Shown one piece after another: positions 1 to 9,504 of a stretch of DNA of 64,000 bases; position 1 is the stretch's first letter, and every line of letters starts with the position of its first letter. The DNA comes from a bacterium. Its GTDB lineage: Bacteria > Patescibacteriota > Microgenomatia > UBA1400 > UBA12108. The DNA lies in contig JAJYKS010000002.1 of assembly GCA_021788365.1 (NCBI GenBank), positions 32,521-96,520 of the forward strand. The letters run 5' to 3'. Both the position numbers and the translations under genes were made by a program. The notes below the pieces were generated by a model, which was not told the DNA's origin, did no database searches, and saw only the letters and a program-made list of their open reading frames with translations.

Positions 1-701
1 GCGACGCAACCACCGCGCCAGTCCCGGTTCCCGACTACCTAGGAGACCTACAGAATGACATCCATAACCTCAAAATAGGGTTACCAAAAGAATACTTCAT
101 GACCGACTCGCAACCTGGCGTAAACGAAATGGTAAAAAAAGCAGCGGCAGTGTACGAGAATCTTGGCGCACAACTTGTCGAGGTTTCGCTTCTGGATCCA
201 AAATACTCGATCGCAGACTATACGATTGTTCAGCGTTCCGAGGTCTCCTCTAATCTTGCTCGCTACACCGGTGTGCGGTATGGGAACGATCGCTGCTACT
301 TCGGCGACGAAGCCAAGCGTCGGATTATGCTCGGTACCTATGCCTTGTCCTCTGGCTACTACGATGCCTATTACAAAAAGGCCCAAGCAGTCCGCATGCT
401 CATGAAGCGCGATTTTGACCGAGTATTTGAGCAAGTAGATCTCATCCTTTCCCCCACAACCCCCTCGACCGCGCTACCCCTGGGTGCGACGCACGGCCAG
501 GCCATGTTCGGCGAGCTAGCGGACGTCTTAGCTGAAGCCAGTTCGTTGACCGGCCACCCGGCCATCAACATGCCGGTCGGTTTGCTGCAGGGATTGCCCG
601 TTGGCATGCAACTCATCGGTAACCATTTTGCCGAACAAAAAATCCTAAATGCGGCATACGCATACGAGCAGGCAACAAACTGGAGGGAAAACACACTATG
701 A
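1..701 (+). CDS. gatA: Glu-tRNA(Gln)/Asp-tRNA(Asn) amidotransferase subunit A, C-terminal part (5' end lies outside the window)
   Basis: The frame is open from the window edge; the translation has amidase-type motifs (LKIGLPKEYF, GHPAINMPVG) typical of the GatA C-terminus. The stop overlaps the gatB start as ATGA. Confidence 0.85.
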   Translation, partial: DATTAPVPVPDYLGDLQNDIHNLKIGLPKEYFMTDSQPGVNEMVKKAAAVYENLGAQLVEVSLLDPKYSIADYTIVQRSEVSSNLARYTGVRYGNDRCYFGDEAKRRIMLGTYALSSGYYDAYYKKAQAVRMLMKRDFDRVFEQVDLILSPTTPSTALPLGATHGQAMFGELADVLAEASSLTGHPAINMPVGLLQGLPVGMQLIGNHFAEQKILNAAYAYEQATNWRENTL

Positions 702-1993
702 CCTACTCCCTCGTCTGTGGCGCCGAGATTCACGTAGAGCTAAATACCAAGAGCAAGATGTTCTGCGGCTGCAAAAACGATCCCTTCGGCGCCGCAAAAC
801 CAAATATATATACTTGTCCCGTTTGTCTCGGCCTTCCCGGTGCGCTTCCCGTGCCCAACAAGAAGGCGATAGAGGACTGTATAAAGATAGGCCTGGCCCT
901 GCACTGCGAAATCGCCGAGGTGTCCAAATTCGACCGTAAACACTATTTCTACCCCGACCTCCCCAAAGGCTATCAAATCTCCCAATATGACGAACCCTTT
1001 TGCGTCAAAGGATATGTAGACACGAGCTTTGGTCGTGTCGGTATTACCCGCGTGCACATGGAAGAGGATACCGCCAAGATGCATCACGAGGTGGTGGATG
1101 GCGTAAAGTCGTCTTTGATCGACTTCAACCGTTCTGGCGTTCCCTTGGTTGAGATCGTATCGGAACCGGATATTAAGAGCCCCGAGCAAGCCAAAGAATT
1201 CCTGAAAAAAGTACGTGACATTGTCCGCGCCATCGGCGTCTCTTCCTGCGACATGGAAAAGGGGAGCATGCGACTCGAGGCCAACGTCTCGCTCACCAGC
1301 GACGGTTCGCTCCCTGCATACAAAGTCGAGGTAAAGAACATTAACTCCTTCCGCTTCTTTGCAAATGCCCTGGAATACGAAACAAAGCGTCAGGCAGAAC
1401 TACTAGATAAGGGAGAGACACCTACCCAAGAGACGCGAGGATGGCGCGAGGGGTACGGTACGGTATCGCAGCGTGGCAAAGAAGACGCCGCGGATTACCG
1501 CTACATGCCGGAGCCCGACATCCCCCCATTCGAGATTTCCCGTGATATGGTCGAACACTTGCGGAAAGAGCTACCCATTTTACCCGAGGAAATTATTACA
1601 TCGCTCGTTGCCGATGGTTTGTCCGAATCAGCCGCAAAAATCGTGGTAAATCAAACAGATATGCTGGAGTTTATAGAACAAGTGAAAAAACTGAATAGTA
1701 AATATGTACAAAAAGCCGGGAACGACCTGGTGAACAAAAAAATAGATCTCAAGAAAACATCGCCGGAAGACTACCTAAAAACACTGGAAAATGCCAAAAT
1801 GGACAAGATAACAGATGAAGCAACACTGCGCCCACTTGTCGAGAAAGCCATAGCAGAAAATCCTGCCGTCGTAGCGGATTACAAAGCTGGAAAGCAAAAT
1901 GCTCTTGGTTTCTTCGTCGGCGTTGTCATGAAAGCCTCCGGCGGCAAAGCCGATCCACGCGCCACAACCGATTTACTAAAAAAACTACTATGA
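698..1993 (+). CDS. gatB: Glu-tRNA(Gln)/Asp-tRNA(Asn) amidotransferase subunit B
   Basis: The N-terminus MTYSLVCGAEIHVELNTKSKMFCGCKN...CPVCLGLPGALP is canonical GatB; it follows gatA. Confidence 0.9.
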   Translation: MTYSLVCGAEIHVELNTKSKMFCGCKNDPFGAAKPNIYTCPVCLGLPGALPVPNKKAIEDCIKIGLALHCEIAEVSKFDRKHYFYPDLPKGYQISQYDEPFCVKGYVDTSFGRVGITRVHMEEDTAKMHHEVVDGVKSSLIDFNRSGVPLVEIVSEPDIKSPEQAKEFLKKVRDIVRAIGVSSCDMEKGSMRLEANVSLTSDGSLPAYKVEVKNINSFRFFANALEYETKRQAELLDKGETPTQETRGWREGYGTVSQRGKEDAADYRYMPEPDIPPFEISRDMVEHLRKELPILPEEIITSLVADGLSESAAKIVVNQTDMLEFIEQVKKLNSKYVQKAGNDLVNKKIDLKKTSPEDYLKTLENAKMDKITDEATLRPLVEKAIAENPAVVADYKAGKQNALGFFVGVVMKASGGKADPRATTDLLKKLL

Positions 1994-2757
1994 AAAAACT
2001 CGTCATTACCGCTGATGATTTTGGTTTTACAAAATCGGTCAACGATGGGATCGCAGAATCTGTCAAGAATGGGATTATCACCGATATTGCCATGATGGTT
2101 CTAACCGACAAAGAGGATCAGGACCACGCACTTCACCTGATAGAAAAATACAATCTTCAGCACATCGGCCTTCACACTTCGCTCTTCCCCTGGGGTAAAC
2201 ATAATCGCCCACAGCGACACGATTTTGTGAGCTTTTTTCAAGATGCAACTGACGCAGAGATACGTGAGAAAGCCGTGAGCGAGATACAAGCCTTTGAAGC
2301 CCTACTTGGAACTAAACCAGAATTTATCTCACCCCAATTCAACATGCATGGCAATTTACGTCTGCTAAAAGTATTGGCGGAATATTCCGTCGAGAACAAT
2401 ATCCCTATGCGTATTCCGAGAGCTGTCCTCACCCACGATGAAATAGAAGACAGTAACTACGCGGCAGAAGTCTATTTAAAACGACTTGGGGTAAAAATGT
2501 CGGATCATCTTTTTGCCCACATTCTTGGGAGCAGTGCGAACAGCATTATAAACGAGTTTATGCAAGAGCTATCCGCCGTGAAGGATAATGAAACCACCGA
2601 AATACTTTTTCACCCTGGCTATTTCGACCCCGACATCCTTGAAGGTTCATCGCTGAACTATGAGCGCGCACGCGATTTGGCGATAGCAACAAATCGAGAG
2701 TTTAAAAAGAAGATAGAAGATCTCGGCTTTCAACTCTCGCACATGGAAGATCTATGA
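1990..2757 (+). CDS. YdjC/ChbG-family carbohydrate deacetylase-like protein
   Basis: N-terminal 'ITADDFGFTKSVNDGI' matches the YdjC (PF04794) signature; ATGA overlap with gatB. Confidence 0.55.
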   Translation: MKKLVITADDFGFTKSVNDGIAESVKNGIITDIAMMVLTDKEDQDHALHLIEKYNLQHIGLHTSLFPWGKHNRPQRHDFVSFFQDATDAEIREKAVSEIQAFEALLGTKPEFISPQFNMHGNLRLLKVLAEYSVENNIPMRIPRAVLTHDEIEDSNYAAEVYLKRLGVKMSDHLFAHILGSSANSIINEFMQELSAVKDNETTEILFHPGYFDPDILEGSSLNYERARDLAIATNREFKKKIEDLGFQLSHMEDL

Positions 2758-3566
2758 AAAAAAACTTGATTATCACGGGGCACGACTTAGGCTTGGCAGC
2801 GGCCGTTAATGATGGCTACCGCTATGCCTTGACCAAATTGCCCAGACTATTTTCCGAGTTATCGATAATCCCAAATGCTCCTCACAGCGAGGAGGCTGTC
2901 AAAATTGCCAAGGAGAGTGGCATTTCAACAAATCTATGCTTCTCATTTACAAGCTCGATGTTGCGTTCACTCTCTGATGCAAAATCACTTATTGATAAAA
3001 ACGGTGTCATGAAGCGAGCTGCCACGCAAACGTGGGATTTTTCCGTCATCGATAGCTTTGCCGAATCTGATGTTGAAAAGGAGGTAGACGCTCAATATCA
3101 ATGGTATCTTAATCACTTTGGCCACAAACCAAGCGCCTTGGTTACACAGAAGGGGGAGCACGGTGATCCAAAAATTCTGGCGCCGCTTATTGCGCTGGCC
3201 AAACGAGAGAAGCTCCCAATGCGTTCGCCATTTTGGCAATGGAAAGCCAATTATGGTGCGCAATCACTCGCTCAATCAGAGGGAATTAAAACGACTGGAG
3301 CCGTATTTATCGCCATTAAAGACTGGCAGGGAAAATTTGGAGTCGACCTGGAGACGGAACTTGAGACGTTAATCACTGACGCACAAAAAGCTCCCGGAGT
3401 TGTTGAGCTGCTTATTTTCACTGGCTTCTGCGACAAAGATCTCATGGCCGCAACCAGTGTGTCCTGGCAGCGCGGGCAGATTCTCAACATCCTTAAGCGC
3501 AAATACTATCTCATCGAGCGGCTCTACGAAGAATTTAACGTGATTACGTATCACGACCTCGCATAA
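2754..3566 (+). CDS. YdjC-family paralog (second tandem copy, more divergent)
   Basis: N-terminus 'IITGHDLGLAAAVNDG' parallels the upstream copy; ATGA overlap. Confidence 0.45.
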   Translation: MKKNLIITGHDLGLAAAVNDGYRYALTKLPRLFSELSIIPNAPHSEEAVKIAKESGISTNLCFSFTSSMLRSLSDAKSLIDKNGVMKRAATQTWDFSVIDSFAESDVEKEVDAQYQWYLNHFGHKPSALVTQKGEHGDPKILAPLIALAKREKLPMRSPFWQWKANYGAQSLAQSEGIKTTGAVFIAIKDWQGKFGVDLETELETLITDAQKAPGVVELLIFTGFCDKDLMAATSVSWQRGQILNILKRKYYLIERLYEEFNVITYHDLA

Positions 3567-3665
3567 TCCCTATCCATCCGTAGCCACGGGCATAGTCGGG
3601 TGCTACACTAAACGTACTGCCCCCACCGCGATACTGGAATACTGCAAAACTGGAATACATACTAT

Positions 3666-6600
3666 ATGGCCCTCGATTTTACTCACTTACACGTCCACAC
3701 CCAGTACAGTCTCTTAGACGGTCTCTCCAAAGACGAAGATATCCTGGAGGCCTGTAAAAGCTACGGGATGGACGCGGTTGCCATAACCGATCACGGCTCC
3801 ATGTACGGCGTCATTCACTTCTACAACGTGCTACGCGCTGGTGGGGTGAAGCCGATTGTCGGGGTCGAAGCCTACTACACAGCCGGCTCTCGCACCGATC
3901 GCTCTCGTGAATTTAAGACACATCATATACTTCTCCTCGCAAAGAATTTGACCGGCTATCACAATCTTCTCAAGCTTGTCTCGATAGCTCACCTAGAGGG
4001 GTTTTACTATAAACCCCGAATAGACTGGGAAACCCTAGAGAAATATCACGAAGGGCTTATCGCTACCTCTGGCTGTCCGCAAGGCGAAGTTCCGTGGCTC
4101 CTGCAAAAAGGCGAGGTAGCCAAAGCCGAGGAACGATTGAAAGCCTATCTAGAGCTTTTTGGCGACGATTACTACATCGAGCTGCAGCGCCACGACGGTC
4201 TTGAAGACCTCCTGAAACCACTAAACGAGCAACTCCTGGCGCTCTCCCGCAAATATGGAGTACCGATTATCGCAACCAATGACGTGCACTATGTCCACGC
4301 CGACGACGCCCGCGCCCAGGACGCGCTCCTTGCAATCGGCACGCGGAGCACGCTCGAAGACAAGAATCGCTTCACCATGATAGGCTCACCCACCTACTAC
4401 CTAAAGTCTAAAGAAGAGATGGCGGATCTTTTTGCAGACCTTCCCGAAGCACTCACCAACACCCGCAAGATCGTGGACAAGGTAGACCTCACCATCCCCA
4501 CCGGCAAGATGATTTATCCCAAGTTTCCCGTTCCAACTGGAGAGACTCCCGAATCATTTCTGCGAAAAATGGTTGCCGAGAAACTACCGTCCCGCTACTC
4601 CGACGCAGACAAAGCCATCCATGATCGTATCAACTACGAGCTGGATGTCATCTGTACCAAAGGGTACGCTAGTTATTTTTTGATCGTGCAAGATTTTATA
4701 AACTGGGCCAAAACGCACGGGGTGCGCATCGGTCCCGGCCGTGGTAGTGCAGCTGGCAGTATCGTCGGCTACATCTTGCGCATTACCTCCATTAACCCGC
4801 TGCAGCACGGGCTGCAGTTCGAGCGATTCTTAAACCCCCAGCGTCCCAGTCCACCGGATATCGACGTCGACATCGCCGATGTCGGCCGCGACCGCGTCAT
4901 CGAATACGTGACAGAAAAATATGGGGTAGACCGAGTCGCTCAGGTCATCACCTTTGGTACCATGGAAGCCAAGGCCGCCGTACGCGACATTGGCCGGGTG
5001 CTCGGCATGCCCTACAGCGAGCCGGATCACTTAAGCAAATTGATCCCGTTTGGCTCTGACCTCTCCGGCGCACTTTCCTCGGTTCCCGAGCTTGCGGAGC
5101 TCTACAAAAATCCGAAATACAAAGAGCTCATCGACCTCGCAAAAAAGGTAGAGGGAGTTGCGCGCCACAGTAGTACGCATGCCGCAGCCGTGATTATCGC
5201 CGACGCACCACTAACAAACTACACGCCAGTACAAAGGGATGCCAAGGAAGGCAAGATCACGACCCAATACGACATGTATGCGCTCGACCTTAATGTAAAG
5301 CCAGACGCCGTTGGCCTCCTTAAAATGGATTTCCTGGGCCTCCGCAACCTGACCATCCTGCAAAACGCGGTAAACCTCGTGCAAAAAGAGCGCGGCGTTC
5401 GCGTCGACCTCTCCGGATTGGCCCTGGACGACAAGTTGGTTTTCGACATGATTAGTCGTGGCGAGACAACCGGTGTCTTCCAAATGGAGTCGGCGGGTAT
5501 GCGCCGTCTCGCCAAACAGATGCGACCAAACCTTTTCTCCGATATCGTCGCTTTAATAGCGCTGTATCGACCCGGCCCCATGGCCCTCATCCCCGACTTT
5601 GTCAAAGGCAAACTGCAGCCAGACTCCGTAAAGTACTTACATCCAGACCTACAGCCCATACTAGGTGAGACCTACGGCATCATTGTGTACCAGGAGCAGG
5701 TCTTGAAGATCGCCAACGTCATGGCAGGATACTCTCTGGGTGACGCCGACATCCTCCGCCGCGCCATGGGCAAGAAGTCGGTGGAGACCATGAACAAGGA
5801 ACACAAGAAATTTATCTCCCAGGCAGTTAAATTAAACTACTCTGAGGCCATCGCAGAAAAAGTCTGGTCATTCGTCGAGAAATTTGCCGGCTACGGCTTC
5901 AACAAAGCCCACGCCACCAGCTATGCCATGATCGCCTATCAGACCGCGTATATGAAGGCCCATTACCCCGTGGAATACATGACGGCTCTGATGAGTGCCG
6001 AGTCAGGCAACGACGACAAAATGGCACTATCCCTCGAGGAGTGCCGCACCATGGGAGTGGTAGTACTACCACCAGATATTAACTGTAGTCAGGCAAACTT
6101 TGACGTCGAAAAAAACGAGAAATCGCTCGACAAGCGCGCGATCCGCTACAGCCTAACCGCCATCAAAAACGTCGGCACCGCCGCCATAGACAATGTTTTG
6201 CTCGAGCGGACCGGTGGGGGTCAATTTAAGTCGTTTACCGATTTTGTCGCTCGAGTGGACAACCAAAAGGTCAACAAAAAAGTCCTAGAGTCCCTGATCA
6301 AGGTGGGTGCCTTTGATGCTTTTGGCAAACGCGCCGTTATGCTCGACGAAATCGAGCGAATCCGTGCCAAGGTAGGCAAGACCGCAGCCCAAAAAAATAG
6401 CAACCAAGGTGGTCTATTCGACACGCTCGCTGCCGAAGAGGTGAGCATGATCGACGACTGGCAATCCAAAAAGGAAGAATTTACCAACCGCGAGCTCATG
6501 GAAATGGAGCGTGAGCTCCTCGGCATCTACCTCCGCGAACACCCCGCCATGAAATCGTTAAAGTCTATCCGCAACGAGTGGACAACCATGCTTGCTGACA

Positions 6601-7133
6601 TTGACGACAAAAAGGGGCAAAAGGCAACGGTAGCCGCAGTCATAAAAACCATCCGGGTGGTGGTGACCAAAACAAAGCAAGAAGAAATGGCATTCCTTCT
6701 TCTCGCTGACGAAAGCGGAGATATCGAGGCTGTTGTCTTCCCGAAGACCTATCGGGAAGCAAAGGAGTTTCTCATAGGAAATACCGTCGTCATGGCTAAA
6801 GGCAAGGTAGAGGAACGTGAGGATAGGTTGTCGTTTATTATAGACAGCATCTCGCCCGTAGTGGACAGCTCTAACACACCCGGTGTGAAGGGCGCCCACA
6901 CACCGGCTATGTCTGGCGCCAACGTCATTCGCGTTCCTGCAGGAACCAGTAAGGCTGTGCTTCTCGAGCTAAACAAACTCCTACAGGAAAATAAAGGAAG
7001 TGACGAAGTGACACTCGTCTTCGAGAATAGTCACGGCTCACGCGAGCTCAAGTTGCCGTTTGGTATCAAATTTTCCGACAAGCTCAAGGCCGAGATTGTC
7101 ACGCTCCTCAAAGTCGAAAAAATCAAAGAGTAA
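3666..7133 (+). CDS. dnaE: DNA polymerase III alpha subunit
   Basis: PHP-domain N-terminus (HLHVHTQYSLLDGL...ITDHGSMYG), polymerase core and a C-terminal OB region; 1155 aa. Confidence 0.92.
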   Translation: MALDFTHLHVHTQYSLLDGLSKDEDILEACKSYGMDAVAITDHGSMYGVIHFYNVLRAGGVKPIVGVEAYYTAGSRTDRSREFKTHHILLLAKNLTGYHNLLKLVSIAHLEGFYYKPRIDWETLEKYHEGLIATSGCPQGEVPWLLQKGEVAKAEERLKAYLELFGDDYYIELQRHDGLEDLLKPLNEQLLALSRKYGVPIIATNDVHYVHADDARAQDALLAIGTRSTLEDKNRFTMIGSPTYYLKSKEEMADLFADLPEALTNTRKIVDKVDLTIPTGKMIYPKFPVPTGETPESFLRKMVAEKLPSRYSDADKAIHDRINYELDVICTKGYASYFLIVQDFINWAKTHGVRIGPGRGSAAGSIVGYILRITSINPLQHGLQFERFLNPQRPSPPDIDVDIADVGRDRVIEYVTEKYGVDRVAQVITFGTMEAKAAVRDIGRVLGMPYSEPDHLSKLIPFGSDLSGALSSVPELAELYKNPKYKELIDLAKKVEGVARHSSTHAAAVIIADAPLTNYTPVQRDAKEGKITTQYDMYALDLNVKPDAVGLLKMDFLGLRNLTILQNAVNLVQKERGVRVDLSGLALDDKLVFDMISRGETTGVFQMESAGMRRLAKQMRPNLFSDIVALIALYRPGPMALIPDFVKGKLQPDSVKYLHPDLQPILGETYGIIVYQEQVLKIANVMAGYSLGDADILRRAMGKKSVETMNKEHKKFISQAVKLNYSEAIAEKVWSFVEKFAGYGFNKAHATSYAMIAYQTAYMKAHYPVEYMTALMSAESGNDDKMALSLEECRTMGVVVLPPDINCSQANFDVEKNEKSLDKRAIRYSLTAIKNVGTAAIDNVLLERTGGGQFKSFTDFVARVDNQKVNKKVLESLIKVGAFDAFGKRAVMLDEIERIRAKVGKTAAQKNSNQGGLFDTLAAEEVSMIDDWQSKKEEFTNRELMEMERELLGIYLREHPAMKSLKSIRNEWTTMLADIDDKKGQKATVAAVIKTIRVVVTKTKQEEMAFLLLADESGDIEAVVFPKTYREAKEFLIGNTVVMAKGKVEEREDRLSFIIDSISPVVDSSNTPGVKGAHTPAMSGANVIRVPAGTSKAVLLELNKLLQENKGSDEVTLVFENSHGSRELKLPFGIKFSDKLKAEIVTLLKVEKIKE

Positions 7134-7403
7134 TTACGGCTCGTCAAGAGAGGAAGAATTCAAGATTGGAGGGTAAATTTTTTCATGCAAGCTATAATAA
7201 ACATGATCGAGAATTATGCCGGCAAACAGGTCAAAGAATTGTGCCTCAAGGGTTTTATCGGTAAGTAGTTTTGGGAGCAAAAACGCAAAGGGTGAATAAA
7301 GTACAATATCATCGAAACCCAATCTGGTCAGATAGTAATCTACTTGTCTGCAAAATTCAGAATACATAACCCATAGTATAATTTATCTTCAAGAAAATGG
7401 CAA

Positions 7404-7440
7404 TTGACATTCGGGCTATATTCGGGTTATATAGAAATAT
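7404..7440 (+). promoter_or_regulatory. Putative promoter/operator: TTGACA, 18-nt spacer with tandem ATTCGGG half-repeats, TATATA, short leader
   Basis: TTGACATTCGGGCTATATTCGGGTTATATAG lies directly upstream of the ATG at 7441. A near-identical motif sits upstream of lexA at 38600-38640. Confidence 0.4.
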
Positions 7441-7701
7441 ATGATCCAAAGAATATCCGAACCTGTTTCAGTTAGCGTCACCTTTAATCACCGCTCTCAC
7501 GAGACCAAACCCGTTTCTATCCACTGGGCTGGTCGGGTTTATCCCGTGGAGCGCATCGGCCTCCGCCACTCGTATCGAGATGGGATCTCTCGCCACCACG
7601 TCTTTTCGGTCGTAGGCGGCAGTCTCTTCTTTCGTCTAAACTTGAACGCCGAGAATCTCTCATGGACACTAGAGGAGGTTTCTGATGGCTTGCCGGACTA
7701 A
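7441..7701 (+). CDS. Small hypothetical protein (86 aa) upstream of and co-oriented with the Y-family polymerase
   Basis: ORF sits directly behind the shared promoter motif; no recognisable domain. Confidence 0.4.
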   Translation: MIQRISEPVSVSVTFNHRSHETKPVSIHWAGRVYPVERIGLRHSYRDGISRHHVFSVVGGSLFFRLNLNAENLSWTLEEVSDGLPD

Positions 7702-7716
7702 TGGCATCCCAGATTA

Positions 7717-7753
7717 CATACCTGGTATGAATAGCTCCCACATACCGGGTATG
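7717..7753 (+). promoter_or_regulatory. Two tandem 13-15-bp palindromes (ACATACC-N-GGTATG[T/A]) about 24 bp apart, just upstream of the Y-family polymerase start
   Basis: CATACCTGGTATG (7717-7729) and the perfect 15-mer ACATACCGGGTATGT (7740-7754) are seen in sequence. If translated from the 7685 ATG they would encode the repeat IPGM...IPGM, so they are more likely non-coding operator sites. Confidence 0.35.
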
Positions 7754-7783
7754 TCTCTCTTCAATCCCGCTCCACCCCGCGTC

Positions 7784-8956
7784 ATGCACATCGATCTCAA
7801 CAGTTGCTTTGCCTCGGTCGAAGCACAGGCCAACCCACTTCTACGCGGCAAGCCGCTTGCCGTCGCAGCCTACGCGAAACCTTATGGTTGCATCTTGGCT
7901 GCAAGCTACGAGGCCAAGCTCTACGGGGTAAAGACAGGAATGACAGTAAGAGAAGGGCGGGAGCTTTGTCCCTATCTCGTGGTTCGGGAGCCAGATCCCG
8001 ACAAATACCGGCAGGTACACAAGGAAATTGGTCAGCTCTTGTCGGAATATGCGCCGCACCCAGTGAGTAAATCCATCGACGAATATTGCTTGCCCCTCCG
8101 TAGCCTTTATAGCGAAGGGGGGTCTAACGTCAGATCTATCGCTCAGGAGATCAAAGACAGGATTAAATCCGAGATCGGCGACCATCTCCGTGTCTCGGTG
8201 GGCATCTCCACAAATCAAATCCTAGCCAAGCTCGCCTCCGGTCTCCACAAGCCTGACGGACTCGATGTTTTAGACAAAACCAACTATCTCGCTATATACA
8301 AAAAGATAGAGCTGCAAGATTTTTGTGGGATAAACATAAGAAACGAAGCACGCCTCAATCGTGTAGGAGTTTTCACTGCTCTAGAGTTTTCACAGGCGTC
8401 AGTCCAAACACTTCAGTCTGCCTTCCAGTCCGTTCTCGGCCGCTACTGGTACACACGACTCCGGGGATATGAAGTAGACGACGTAGAGTTTGCCCGTCGC
8501 AGTTTCGGCCAATCATATGTCCTCCCACACCCGATGAAACAAGAGGAATGGCGTCCCATCCTCGCCAAACTAGTTGGAAAGGCCGCGAGGAGGCTACGTA
8601 GAGGTGGATACAGTGCCTCCGGAGTACATCTCGCACTCAGGTACGGAGATGGCTCGCATTGGCATACGGGCAAAGCGTTAAAGGTAGCTATTTCTGACGA
8701 CAAGGATATCGTGAGCGCAGCCCTTTCTCTCTGCAAGCTCACAGATAGGCCAGTCAAAAAAATTGCCGTCACCTGTTTTGGATTGGTAAAAGAGGAGAGT
8801 AGACAAACCTCTCTGTTTGAAGACGTTGCCAGGAAACGCTCGCTCGTCCTAGCCATGGACCAGGTGAATGATAAATGGGGCGAATACTCGCTCTCGTATG
8901 GCTCGCTGATGGGCGCCGCTGGCCACGTCCGCGACGCGATCGCCTTTGGGAAATAG
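7784..8956 (+). CDS. dinB: Y-family DNA polymerase (Pol IV/DinB-like)
   Basis: MHIDLNSCFASVEAQANP...LAV is the classic Y-family N-terminus. An alternative upstream ATG at 7685 overlaps the small ORF. Confidence 0.85.
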   Translation: MHIDLNSCFASVEAQANPLLRGKPLAVAAYAKPYGCILAASYEAKLYGVKTGMTVREGRELCPYLVVREPDPDKYRQVHKEIGQLLSEYAPHPVSKSIDEYCLPLRSLYSEGGSNVRSIAQEIKDRIKSEIGDHLRVSVGISTNQILAKLASGLHKPDGLDVLDKTNYLAIYKKIELQDFCGINIRNEARLNRVGVFTALEFSQASVQTLQSAFQSVLGRYWYTRLRGYEVDDVEFARRSFGQSYVLPHPMKQEEWRPILAKLVGKAARRLRRGGYSASGVHLALRYGDGSHWHTGKALKVAISDDKDIVSAALSLCKLTDRPVKKIAVTCFGLVKEESRQTSLFEDVARKRSLVLAMDQVNDKWGEYSLSYGSLMGAAGHVRDAIAFGK

Positions 8957-8981
8957 CCTGCGTACGATATGCTATAAACCT

Positions 8982-9500
8982 ATGCAAAAATATACCCTCA
9001 TCCGCTCCTCGCGCCGCCGCCGAAGCGCTTCACTCAATCTGACAAAGGACGGCGAAGTAGTGGTACGTGCGCCCATAGGCATGCCACTCGCGTTTATAGA
9101 ACAATTTGTTGGCGGCCACACCCGGTGGATAGAGAAACGTCGCCGGGAACTTCTGCACCGCCACCGCCCACAGCCAGTACGAGCCATGACAGACAGAGAA
9201 CTTGAAGGTCTCGTCAGTACCCACATTGGGTACTATGCCGTGCGTATGGGTGTGAGCCCCAAAGCCATACGGTACAAACAAGTTACAACCTACTGGGGTT
9301 CCTGCTCGCCAACAGGTGTTCTCAGTTTCAATACCAGGCTTGTCTATACCAGTAAAGACACGGTGGAGTACGTCGTCGTCCACGAGCTCGCACACCTTAG
9401 GTGGCGAGGTCACGGCAAACGGTTCTGGGCCTTGGTAAAACAGATCTATCCACGCACCGAAGAAGTTCGTGCCTATTTACGGCATATCCCACGCGAATAA
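8982..9500 (+). CDS. DUF45/YgjP-like zinc metallohydrolase (HExxH)
   Basis: VVHELAHL motif and overall YgjP-like layout. Confidence 0.6.
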   Translation: MQKYTLIRSSRRRRSASLNLTKDGEVVVRAPIGMPLAFIEQFVGGHTRWIEKRRRELLHRHRPQPVRAMTDRELEGLVSTHIGYYAVRMGVSPKAIRYKQVTTYWGSCSPTGVLSFNTRLVYTSKDTVEYVVVHELAHLRWRGHGKRFWALVKQIYPRTEEVRAYLRHIPRE

Positions 9501-9504
9501 TCTG

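Noticed and set aside
7685-7783. Extended N-terminus for the Y-family polymerase starting at the 7685 ATG
   Set aside because: It would overlap the upstream ORF by 17 nt. It would encode a non-conserved peptide containing the IPGM...IPGM repeat produced by the tandem DNA palindromes. The conserved N-terminus MHIDLN begins at 7784.
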